Positions 53,515-63,208 of a stretch of 64,000 nt of DNA are shown here, in pieces (the stretch's first letter is position 1; each line of letters begins with the position of its first letter). The position numbers and the translations under genes were made by a program. Location: NCBI GenBank assembly GCA_963720565.1, contig CAVRFW010000009.1, positions 416,001-480,000 on the forward strand, written 5' to 3'. Source of the DNA: Candidatus Bathyarchaeota archaeon (lineage in GTDB: Archaea; Thermoproteota; Bathyarchaeia; Bathyarchaeales; Bathycorpusculaceae). The notes beneath the pieces are model-generated. The model ran no database searches. It was not told the origin of the DNA and saw only the letters and a program-made list of their open reading frames with translations.

Positions 53515-54590
53515 ATGCCGTTAATAGAAAAAGTTTCGTGGGATAAAGCTGGAACAGAAGACATTGCATACAGATTCCCCAAGACGAATCTGAAGTATGG
53601 AAGCCAAGTCATCGTTAAAGAAAACCAGTGGGGAGTGTTCTTCAGGGACGGAAAAGCTTACGACGTTTTCGGTCCGGGAAGACACACGATCACAAGCAAC
53701 AACGTTCCCTTGCTGACAGAGGCACTTGCAGAAGCTTGGAGTAATCGGAGATATTTTCGATTGCGAAGTGATTTTTGTCAGCAACAGCCAGTTCAAAGCC
53801 AACTTTGGAGGAAGCGCTTACTCTGCTCCGAGCGGCGACATAAAGTATCAAGCTGAAATTGGATTCTACGGATACACCCTATACAAGGTGGAGGAACCAA
53901 AGCTCTTCGTCACCGAGTTCTTCGGGAACAGGGATGTCAGCAATTCAACCGAGATTGCGAATTACATAAGGGGCTTCATCAATGAGCGCGTGATTGACGA
54001 GTTCGGAGAGCAAGACATATTCAATATTGTGAAAAACGTTGATGACACAACTGACGTAGTGTCTTTGAAGATCAGCGACGAGGCCGCCCGAATAGGACTG
54101 AAAATCATAGATGCCGTTTTCGAAGGAGTCAAGATTCCTGAGGAAGCAAGAAGGTTTGCCTCTGGAGTGGGCTCTCAGGCGATGACGATGCAGTACATGA
54201 AAGAGACAGCGACGGAACTTAAGGGTTCGGAAGGCGGAGGTGCAGCAGCAGCCGGCTTAGGCGCAGGAATAGGTTTGACAATGCCTTACATGCTGGCTCA
54301 GCAGATGCAACAAGGACAAGCAGGACAACCACAGCAAGTCATCTTGTGTCAGAACTGCGGAGCCAAGAACCCAACTACAACAAAGTTCTGCGGAAACTGC
54401 GGCGCAAGTTTAGCTCCAGCAGCTAAAGATAGTCTGTCAAAACTGCAAGACAGAGAATCCTGCAACAATGAAGTTCTGCGGAAACTGCGGAAAACCACTT
54501 GCAGCTCCATCTGAGATCACTTGCCCCAAATGCGAAACCAAGAATTCACCGGGAACCAAATTCTGCGGAAACTGCGGAGAAAAACTCTAA
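53515..54590 (+). CDS. SPFH (band 7) domain protein with three C-terminal Zn ribbons (two frameshifts)
   Basis: IVKENQWGVFFRDGK, FGPGRHT..NVPLL, GAGIG, CQNC/CGNC, CQNC/CGNC, CPKC/CGNC. Confidence 0.85.
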
Positions 54591-54807
54591 ATTTTCTCCC
54601 TTTCTTTTTTTTCGTACTAAACAACACGAAATTTTTGTTCTTCGGGCAGGATATGCTGTTCTTCACGAGCTTACTGAAGATCAATCGATCTATCTGTCAA
54701 TCTTGGATTCGTCAAACTAAGATTTGACGTGTTTGCTCAAATCTTATATCTGCGATGAGGCTAAATCATTTGGGAGAGGCGCTATTTCATTGAAGTTTTT
54801 TGTTGAT

Positions 54808-55577
54808 ATGAACAAGAGGCTTGGGAAAGCCACGCTCATACTGCTCTTTCTAAGCATGTTAACTCTACCGGCGGCAATTACCCCCTTTGCGAAGGCACAA
54901 AACCCGTCTATAACATTGAATCCTTCAGAGGGTTCGCCAGGCACAATAGTCTTGATGGTGATATCCGATTTCAAAACCCCATGTGTGCTAAGCATCACTT
55001 TCGGCACAACAAACGTTGGTACAATAAACGCGCGTACTTATAGTACTGCCAGCATGGAATTCCAGGTTCCGCAAGTGTCTCCCGGCACGTACACTTTTAC
55101 CGTCACATGTTCCACAGGAGGTGTCTCCACAAAAACATTTACCGTCACCCAAGCTGCGCTCTCCTGCACCGACAGAAACACCCACAGAGATACCGACAGA
55201 GACGCCCATGGACATATACCCCACAGACCGTCCAGCGACCACGAACACGGAATTCTGGTCGCCCGTAACAATCGCCATAGTCTCTGCCGCGATAGCTTCA
55301 GCTAGTGTTTTGACTGTCGTATACATAAAACGGCGCAAACAGGATGTATCATCATCCCAGGATACTTCATACAATCATAAACCGATCAGTTCAGGAAACC
55401 TCTTCCTACAATTATAGGTCGTCAGTTCCACCAATGAGGTCTGGCACATCTGCTAAGACTAATCAGATGCCCATTAACCGTCCACAACAACCTTTCACAA
55501 AGATATGCAAACATTGCAAACAGACTGTTAGAGATGACTTGAACGTATGTCCGTACTGCTTCAAGAGGCTTAGATAG
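54808..55577 (+). CDS. Membrane-anchored Ig-like (IPT/TIG) protein with cytoplasmic Zn ribbon (two frameshifts)
   Basis: Signal peptide, ITLNPSEGSPGT, PTET linker, TM helix + KRRK, CKHC...CPYC. Confidence 0.7.
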
Positions 55578-55653
55578 GAGTATGTGGATTAGTCTGGCAC
55601 GCCAAAATTTTCTGAGCGAATTGCTTTTTCTTCCTTCTTGAATAACCGGTGTT

Positions 55654-56154
55654 ATGGAGATGAGGCGTGTGGAAACTAGCCGTCGCTCAGTCATTAGGCC
55701 GGCAGAATACAACGATTTAGATGCTATAATGGATATAGAGAAGAGGTGTTTTCCAGGACCAATCGCCTATTCCAAGCGTCAAATGGCTTACTTGCTTCTC
55801 CATGCCAACAGTGCCAGTTTTGTTGAATGCTGCGAGGGTGCAATACGAGGATTTGTGATAATGACTTTCCGTCAGGGGAGCACAACTGGATACGTCGAAA
55901 CCCTTGACGTGGACCCAAAATATGCAAAACTGGGAATAGGTCTGAAACTGTTAACCTTCGCTGAGACTGATATGTCTAGGCGGGGAAAACACTGGTCGCA
56001 ATTGGAAGTTTCGGAAGGAAACAAAGTTGCGTTGAGGCTTTACCAAAAGGCTGGATACAAACTCAAAGAAAAGCTGAAAGGATACTACAGGTATGAACAC
56101 GGGGGAACAAGAGACGCCATGCGAATGGTCAAAGCCCTTCCGGAGACTCCGTAG
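55654..56154 (+). CDS. GNAT acetyltransferase (RimI-like)
   Basis: LDVDP...GIG, LEVSEGN..ALRLYQKAGY, YY..DA. Confidence 0.88.
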   Translation: MEMRRVETSRRSVIRPAEYNDLDAIMDIEKRCFPGPIAYSKRQMAYLLLHANSASFVECCEGAIRGFVIMTFRQGSTTGYVETLDVDPKYAKLGIGLKLLTFAETDMSRRGKHWSQLEVSEGNKVALRLYQKAGYKLKEKLKGYYRYEHGGTRDAMRMVKALPETP

Positions 56155-57561
56155 GAACCCATGCGTCTCCCTCCAGCCTGGCAAAGCCCTTTGTGTATTC
56201 CATCATGATTCTGAGAAGTGGAATTCGGAAACGCGACGGTATGAGTTCAATGTCGCTTGTGGGTTTATGCAAGTGTATGCTTTCAACATGAGGGAGTTGC
56301 CTTCCTGCTAAACCAGACATTCTTGAGAGAAAAATAGCGTGTTCTCGTTCATCTTCGTCCAGTCTGAGCTCTCCTTTCGCGATTCGTTCAGGAAGAGCAG
56401 AGTGCATCTTCTTTCTGGTACTCCATGATCGACGGGTTCAGCTTCATTGGCCAATAGAAAGAGGAGGACTCCTTGGCACTTGCTGCATTGTCCGCAGGGG
56501 ACTATTTTCCCTTTTTCGAAGCGACAGCTGTGGCAGGACCGCTGAACTTTAGCCAGTTCAGGGTATCTTTTTGCGAGTATTCTTTCAACGACCAAGCCGG
56601 ATATTGACCTTACTGCGCTCCACTGTCGCATCTCAGGCATTCTCTTCAGGTACCACTGTTCCATTCTCGAGTCAAAATCTTGTGTTTGATCGTAGACGCC
56701 GAAGTAATGCTTAATCCCTTTGAAAAGCGGCGAGGTACGGGGATCATCAAGTTCACTTCCGATTAAGAGATTTCCGATTTTTCGACGCGCGAAAACTGGA
56801 AGAAGGAGAAAAACATAGACAGGGAAAATACAGAGTCTTATCGGGTAAGTGTCTGACCAGACTTTTCTGTGATCAGGTCTTATGATCCTCATATTGTCCA
56901 GCATAAAAGAGTAGAAACGATCAACATTGGTCCAAACTCTCACTGTGTTATGTTCTTCTCTCGCAAATTTTCGGTAAGCGGTTAATGCTGTTCGCCAATG
57001 CCCTCCGCTCTCGTTGACGTATAAGGGGTGAACTTCTGCGCCGATTTCCTTTAGCATCGCATATGTTAGTAGGCTTTCTTTTCCCCCGCTTGACAGTATA
57101 CCGCATGAGTTGTTAGTGAATCCCTGCGAGATTGGAGCGTCTTCTGTGAGCGCAAGCGGAACTATCTTTGCCATTGGTCGTGCATTCTCAAGCGTTACTT
57201 CATGTTCAAGGGGCAAGAACTGAGGTAGAACGTACGGGTTTTTTCTTCGAACAAGCTTGTTGATGAAAATGTCTCTTGTGAACAAGTCGAGAAGATCATT
57301 AAGGAGTGAAAAATCGGAAGTGCTAACAGGAAATTTAAGTCTGATTTCGCTTGAGAAAAGTCCGTAATTGAGAACTGGCATAACTGAGGCTAAGCGTATC
57401 AGTGGTAGGTGATCCGTGATTGGAGGTTCTTCATACCTAAACGAAAGAGAAAAATTGCGTTTCTCTGAATCAATACTCGTACATGAAATTTGTGTTGTCG
57501 CCCTTTTGCCTTGGAGTATGGGCTCTGAGATTTCGATAGACTGAAAATTCTGAAGGTTCGT
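56129..57561 (-). CDS. PP-loop (adenine nucleotide alpha hydrolase) protein, MurL/QueC-like; probable ACG start, frameshift near 56425
   Basis: SSGGKESLL, SCHSC...CGQCSKC; the frame is open from ACG at 57561 directly after the DUF1611 stop. Confidence 0.7.
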
Positions 57562-58623
57562 TTAACCACCTTTTCGGAGAGCTTCAATGGCGTCTGCAAG
57601 CCCTTTTACACCATCGACGACAGGGTCATCCACTGGAACCTTGAATCTCCTGCGTAGTTTTGTCTTGGCTTTTTCAGCTTCTTTCGGTGACAGGTTTTCG
57701 TGATTTAGTCCTATCCCCACAAGTGGACATTGGGAAAGCAACTTGGCAATCTTAATGACTCGTCCTGGATCAGGCATCGGATAACTTGGAAATCCGTCAA
57801 GGTGTGGTCTTCCAGGAGCGTCCTGCAGGAGAAAACCGTGGATCTGGCCAGCTGCCATTATCTCAAAACCGCCAGGAAAAAACGGGTGTACGAGGCTGCC
57901 CTGACCATTTATTATCATGAAATCGGGTTTTTCGTCCTTCCACGAATCCAATATGGCGCCTTCAATGCCTCCTGAGACGAAGTCGTTTATCATCGCGTCC
58001 ATGACTATTCCGTGAGGCCAGCCTTGCATCCATCCTGTCTGTCCCGTGAAAATGATGTCTGCTTTTCGGCCACGCCGTCTGAGCTCTTGGACCAACATCA
58101 CACAGGTAGTTCTTTTGCCAATCGCCGAGTCGGTTCCTAACACTGCGACCCTGGTTGATTCAACTTGTCTGATTTCGCCGGTGTAGAAACGCTTGTGGTC
58201 GCGAAACAGTTTTCGAACGTCTGTGATTTTGCAGCCTTTTTTCGCTGCCAGAGCAGCAAATCGATCATCGTCTGATATGAAATGATGCAGCCCGGAGACA
58301 ACGTCCAGTCCATGTGACAAAGCCCAGGTTATAGCTTTATCGTATCCGTCTGGCAGGTAACCTCCTTCCGATACGGCGCCAACTATGAAGATCTCCGGCT
58401 TTGTTGCCGTGAACGCGTCTTCTAAATTTTTAAACAGGGGAATGCCTCGAGGTTTTCCGTCCAATATCTCTCCTGCATCTCCGGTAGGCGCAGTTGAATC
58501 TACAACTCCGACAACGTCGTATCTTGCCGTATGTCGCACTAGTCCGTGAGCAGTCTTGCCGTTAGCGGTTAAGTATTCGCGTTCACAGTAGACTAGTGCC
58601 TTTCCCTCAGGCATAAGGGTCAT
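57562..58623 (-). CDS. DUF1611 domain protein (DgcN-like)
   Basis: GKTAHGLVR, SGLH, GTDSAIGKRTT, TGQTG, DFVSG, GQGSL. Confidence 0.9.
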   Translation of the reverse strand: MTLMPEGKALVYCEREYLTANGKTAHGLVRHTARYDVVGVVDSTAPTGDAGEILDGKPRGIPLFKNLEDAFTATKPEIFIVGAVSEGGYLPDGYDKAITWALSHGLDVVSGLHHFISDDDRFAALAAKKGCKITDVRKLFRDHKRFYTGEIRQVESTRVAVLGTDSAIGKRTTCVMLVQELRRRGRKADIIFTGQTGWMQGWPHGIVMDAMINDFVSGGIEGAILDSWKDEKPDFMIINGQGSLVHPFFPGGFEIMAAGQIHGFLLQDAPGRPHLDGFPSYPMPDPGRVIKIAKLLSQCPLVGIGLNHENLSPKEAEKAKTKLRRRFKVPVDDPVVDGVKGLADAIEALRKGG

Positions 58624-59762
58624 GCTTTCCGTCCGGTCAAAATTATTACGTATCTGTCGCCGGGGAAAGGTTCCTTTCGGTGGCGGTCTACGAGAGCCAC
58701 GAGACCCGCCGTTGACGCAGGGAGCACACTTAAGCCTTCTTTTTCGCGTATTAGTCGCGCGTAGTCCAGAAGTGTTTTGTCAGTGGTGAAGGATGCCCAT
58801 CCTCGTGTTTGTCTGATGACTGAGAGGGCGTAGTCTCCGTCTATTGAACGCCAGTTGATAAGTGGCTCATTGACTGAGGTGTTTCTTATTCGTTCAGGCT
58901 TCAGATCGACACACTGTGGATTGTTTCTGACGAAGGCGTGGATTATGGGATTCATTCCGTATGAAGATCCTGCGATGAAGCGAGGAATTCGAGAAGTTTT
59001 TCCACGATTGTACAGGCTTATGAAGCCTTTGTATATTCCCGCCAGTGTTGATCCGTTGGATACTGGAATAGCCACTGCAGCTGGAGCGTCACGGAGTTCG
59101 TCGTATATTTCGTAGGCAATTTCTCCGTATGCTTTTAGCTGCAAGTTGGTGTTTGATCCGCCTGGGTTGGCGTCGTAGTATCCTTCTTTTTCTGCTTCGG
59201 CGCGTGAGAGGCTCACAGCTTGCTCGTAGTCTCCAGGTACTCTGACTATTTCAGCCCCGAAGTCTGCAATTTCCTTCACTCTATGAGCGTAGTACCCTGC
59301 AGGAATGTAGATTATGCATCGCAAACCTGCAAGGGAAGCTGCAAGTGCAACTGCGGCACCATAGTTGCCGCATGAAGCAACTGTAATCTCGTCATAGCCT
59401 CTTCGCAAGGCATCCAGTGCTTGTGCGAAGGCTATCCGGTCTTTCTGCGTGCCAGTTGGGTTTCCCCCTTCGAATTTCAAGTAGATTTGTCTGAGTCCAA
59501 TCTCTCTTTCTATGTTTTTAGCTCGTGTAAGATTGGTATCACCGACTTCTGAGTCGAGAAGTATCTCAAAACTCTCTAAGCGCTTCTCAGGTGACATATT
59601 GTGGTCAGATGCAATTTTGCTGAGATAATTCAGTTCAGGTGTGATGACCGGGAATTGAGCGGTTGCTCCATCCAGAAGCGATAGAGGACCATTACCGTTT
59701 AGTAGCCCGCTAATGGGCTTTTCTAGGTCATGATTTGGTCTGTCTTTCTCTCCAACTACCAT
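58620..59762 (-). CDS. PLP-dependent fold-type II enzyme (threonine synthase-like)
   Basis: KFEGGNPTGTQKDR, ASCGNYG, PVSNGS, LTG. Confidence 0.88.
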   Translation of the reverse strand: MVVGEKDRPNHDLEKPISGLLNGNGPLSLLDGATAQFPVITPELNYLSKIASDHNMSPEKRLESFEILLDSEVGDTNLTRAKNIEREIGLRQIYLKFEGGNPTGTQKDRIAFAQALDALRRGYDEITVASCGNYGAAVALAASLAGLRCIIYIPAGYYAHRVKEIADFGAEIVRVPGDYEQAVSLSRAEAEKEGYYDANPGGSNTNLQLKAYGEIAYEIYDELRDAPAAVAIPVSNGSTLAGIYKGFISLYNRGKTSRIPRFIAGSSYGMNPIIHAFVRNNPQCVDLKPERIRNTSVNEPLINWRSIDGDYALSVIRQTRGWASFTTDKTLLDYARLIREKEGLSVLPASTAGLVALVDRHRKEPFPGDRYVIILTGRKA

Positions 59763-59904
59763 TAGTTATTCCTTGTTCCGTTCAGTGTATTAAATGCTGG
59801 ATTATTAATTTTACGTTTTATAACTCCTCATAATAGAAGAACAGAGGCCAATTCAATTCCGGAACCAGAACTCCACTGATCTTTCAGAATTGGATTTTTT
59901 AATC

Positions 59905-60111
59905 CTATCTTAATAATCGTGTCGGAGCTGATTGACGTTTGTTTAGATTTTTCCGGTCTGTCAGGATTGATGACTTGGGCACTTTGTTTTCTCGGAAGTT
60001 TTCTTTCTTTGTGGGAAATGTGTACCAATCCCAGATTTCGTTCGAGACTTTCTCCGAGTTCCCTGATCCTTGTAGCAATGATTTGAAGGAACGCTCTGTT
60101 CTCTTTCCCAC
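59905..60111 (-). CDS. Possible small hypothetical protein
   Basis: 68-aa ORF containing GNSEKVSNEIWDWY; support is weak. Confidence 0.35.
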   Translation of the reverse strand: MGKRTERSFKSLLQGSGNSEKVSNEIWDWYTFPTKKENFRENKVPKSSILTDRKNLNKRQSAPTRLLR

Positions 60112-60342
60112 TTCAATCCCGTCTTTTGTATCTTATTTCGAATGATTCCAGATAAATGTTCTGGAATTACAGTACGAATTGTAGAAGTGAACAACACAAA
60201 TACAGTTCATTCCGAAGTTCATCCCCATACATCTCAGCTAAAGCTAGAGAAAGCATCTCTTCATGTTCTGATCGGAAACCAAATTAGTTATTGGATACAG
60301 AAGGCATTAACCATAGGTTCAAAAAAACCCGAGGCTGCTGAC

Positions 60343-60924
60343 CTATCTTTCTCCTTCAGGCTTTTCCCACAACTGAAGCTTTTCTTTCTTAAAATCGCTT
60401 CGCTTTTTCTGGAGATACTTGTAAACACTATGATGCTGATTACCGTTGATGAGCATTTGAACAGCGTTTCGGGCAACATCAACCTGTCCGAAAGTGCCGA
60501 TGATGCCTATCGTGTGCCCATAAACAACCACGTTTGCCTCAGTTAATTGCTCGATTAAACCCCTGGTTTTGCCGTTAGCCCCGATTATTCGGCCTTTTAT
60601 ACGTTTGATATCTGATTCGGAGCGACCGAATATTGTACGCAAGTCTATGAAATCGAAAATGTCTTCTTCGTTTCTTATTAGCCTAAAGGCATATTCCGGC
60701 GAGAAACCTCTGCCAATCGCCGTGACGACATCTTTAGCCTTAAAAAGCATCGTGGGGTCTTTTGTGTTCTCTGAAAGCACAATAGACACACCGCCTGCTT
60801 CGCTTTCAATCTGAAGCTCCACCATTAATTTTTCTTCGATGTACTGCTTTACTTTTCCTTCAGGACCAACCAAAACGCCTACACGCTCCTTAGGAATTCG
60901 CACAAACCCGCTTGGCTTAGACAT
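60343..60924 (-). CDS. KH-domain rRNA processing protein (Dim2/Pno1)
   Basis: RVGVLVGPEG, AIGRGFSPE, GRIIGANG. Confidence 0.93.
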   Translation of the reverse strand: MSKPSGFVRIPKERVGVLVGPEGKVKQYIEEKLMVELQIESEAGGVSIVLSENTKDPTMLFKAKDVVTAIGRGFSPEYAFRLIRNEEDIFDFIDLRTIFGRSESDIKRIKGRIIGANGKTRGLIEQLTEANVVVYGHTIGIIGTFGQVDVARNAVQMLINGNQHHSVYKYLQKKRSDFKKEKLQLWEKPEGER

Positions 60925-60927
60925 ACT

Positions 60928-61710
60928 TTAACCAACCACCTTCTTGTAAGCTTCGTCAGCTGATAAAACCTTAACACCCAACCGACTAAAGAACCTATTC
61001 AAGTTCCCCAAGTCCCTTCGCAAGAGTTCCTCCGCCATAGGATGCGAAGTTGGAACAGCCTGTGACACATCAAAAATAACTGGTTTGCGTTTCCAGATCA
61101 TAATGTTGTATTCGCTTAAATCTCCGTGCACAAGGTCAGCTTTGCGGTAGAGTCGAGTTATATTAGTCAATAATGAAGCGTATATTTTGTCTGGATTTGC
61201 AGGCGTTTGCTCCTTTAAAGATGGAGCGTTCACGCCATTCTTGCCTATAAACTCCATTAACAAGACATTGTTCCTGACTCCAACTGGGGTGGGGACTCGC
61301 ACCTTGGCGCGAGAAGCTTGATCCAGGTTGCGAAATTCCTTCTGTGCCCAGGCAAAGATCAAGGAACGGGTGTCGTGCTTGACGCCTTTGAACCTGTAAT
61401 CTCCCTCGATGTACTTGAACATGCCTTTGCGAAATTCAGCAGAGGATGTTAGGTAAATCTTTACGGCGAGCTCCTTTTTCTCCTTGTTTTTCCCCCAATA
61501 GACGCGTGCTTCCTTCCCCGCACTTACGACACCGTGAACCTCGTCTAACACACCGCTTTTTAGGAAACTGTAAATCACCATACGCGTGGCTTGATCGAAA
61601 ACTTCCTCAAGAGTGGCCCGTTCTGAAGAGAAGTCGTGGTCTAGCATCTTATCTCTTCTCTCTACTGTCTTCTCTTGATGTGAAAGCCTTTCGCGAACTC
61701 TACTGGACAT
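60928..61710 (-). CDS. rio1: RIO1 serine protein kinase
   Basis: SAGKEARVY, AVKIY, WAQKEFRNL, VHGDLSEYN, FDVSQAV. Confidence 0.95.
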   Translation of the reverse strand: MSSRVRERLSHQEKTVERRDKMLDHDFSSERATLEEVFDQATRMVIYSFLKSGVLDEVHGVVSAGKEARVYWGKNKEKKELAVKIYLTSSAEFRKGMFKYIEGDYRFKGVKHDTRSLIFAWAQKEFRNLDQASRAKVRVPTPVGVRNNVLLMEFIGKNGVNAPSLKEQTPANPDKIYASLLTNITRLYRKADLVHGDLSEYNIMIWKRKPVIFDVSQAVPTSHPMAEELLRRDLGNLNRFFSRLGVKVLSADEAYKKVVG

Positions 61711-61845
61711 AAATATTCATGATGTTATAAGTTGCCCAGTATTTAAAACCAAACGAGCCAAAACCAATGCGCGGTTCACTTTAGCGTCTCGGGCTATTGG
61801 CTGACACTCATGTTTGACTATGAGAAGAGAAAAAACGCAAAGATG

Positions 61846-62151
61846 CTATACTGTTAGGAGGCCTTTTCTTCGGAGAGTTTCAGCCTGTGCGTGCGTATAC
61901 CGCCAGACAACATCTCCACGTTTATCGGTTTGGAAATCCCATGGCGAAACCAACACCACGTCACCATCCCTAATCCAAACCCGCCTTTTCATCTTGCCGC
62001 GAATGCGACACAAACGCTCATGCCCGTCTTGGCACTTAACCATAATTCGATCATAGCCAAGCAGTTTCACAACTACTCCTAAAACGTCGTTGGAACTGGG
62101 GTAAACCATCTCGTGGAGTTCGCCTTCGCTTAGCACCTTCTTTTTACCCAA
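61846..62151 (-). CDS. eif1a: Translation initiation factor aIF-1A
   Basis: CRIRGKMKRRVWIRDGDVVLVSPWDFQ. Confidence 0.96.
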   Translation of the reverse strand: MGKKKVLSEGELHEMVYPSSNDVLGVVVKLLGYDRIMVKCQDGHERLCRIRGKMKRRVWIRDGDVVLVSPWDFQTDKRGDVVWRYTHAQAETLRRKGLLTV

Positions 62152-62321
62152 ATGCAGACCTCACGAACATTATTCAAGATGAATGTTTACCCTTCCTTAA
62201 AAAGCATGCTCATTCCAAATAGCCCCACTGAAAGGTCCAAATCCTCAAAGGTGCGCATTTTCGTGGCTAAGCTTAAATCTTCACGAAATAATAGACCTAC
62301 CTGGATAAGGAGCTGACCGTT

Positions 62322-63101
62322 CTGTCATACGTTTTTAACATACCATTCCATGGCAACACCAAACTGAAACATGTAATCGACAAGGTCAAGGAAGACAAGA
62401 GGTTGCAGACATTCTGGAAGTGCTCCAACGTAATGGCTATTGAACGCATGGGCTACACCGACCACGGTCCAACCCACGTTAAAATCGTTGCCAACCTTGC
62501 GCTCAGGCTGCTTCGCATACTCGTTAACGAGAAGGTTCAGCCCAGCATTGTTAAGAACTACGGTATGAGAAACGAAGATGCAGAAGTTGTTGTCGTTCTA
62601 GGCTCGATCTTCCATGATTTAGGGATGGTCGTAACACGATATGACCACGAAAAATACAGCGTCTTGCTCGCATTAGAGTTTATTGAGAGGTGCCTAACTC
62701 CGGTTTACAAGGAAGAAGAGCGAGCCATAATCTGCTCCGAAGTGCTACACGCTATGGTCTCACATGAACAACCAAGCAAACCCTTGACCTTAGAAGCGGG
62801 CATAGTTAGTATTGCAGACGCGCTGGACATGGAATCTGGCAGGGCACGTATCCCTTTTGAAGCAGGCAAAGTAGACATACATGCAGTCTCAGCTCTCTCG
62901 ATCGAAAAAGTTGAGATTATAGAAGGGCAGAAAAAACCGATTACTATAAAAATTACCATGTCAAACTCGGCAGGCGTTTTCCAAATAGACGAACTCCTCA
63001 AACCGCGGATTGAGAACTCAGGCCTAAAAGAGTATACACACGTTGTGGCTGAAATAACAGGCGAAAAAGAAAGAAGAATAATTGAGAGATTCGAGATATA
63101 G
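62322..63101 (+). CDS. HD domain phosphohydrolase, probable CTG start
   Basis: DHGPTH, HDLG, ADALDM; the frame is open upstream to CTG at 62322 after AAGGAG. Confidence 0.88.
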   Translation: MSYVFNIPFHGNTKLKHVIDKVKEDKRLQTFWKCSNVMAIERMGYTDHGPTHVKIVANLALRLLRILVNEKVQPSIVKNYGMRNEDAEVVVVLGSIFHDLGMVVTRYDHEKYSVLLALEFIERCLTPVYKEEERAIICSEVLHAMVSHEQPSKPLTLEAGIVSIADALDMESGRARIPFEAGKVDIHAVSALSIEKVEIIEGQKKPITIKITMSNSAGVFQIDELLKPRIENSGLKEYTHVVAEITGEKERRIIERFEI

Positions 63102-63208
63102 CCAAGACTAGGTGTAGAGACGCTGTTGGGGCAAGCCCGCGTCTAGAGGTTGCAACGCATTATTTATGAGCTTGACGTTTAATCTAAAGTGGAACAGGAG
63201 ACTGTTTG

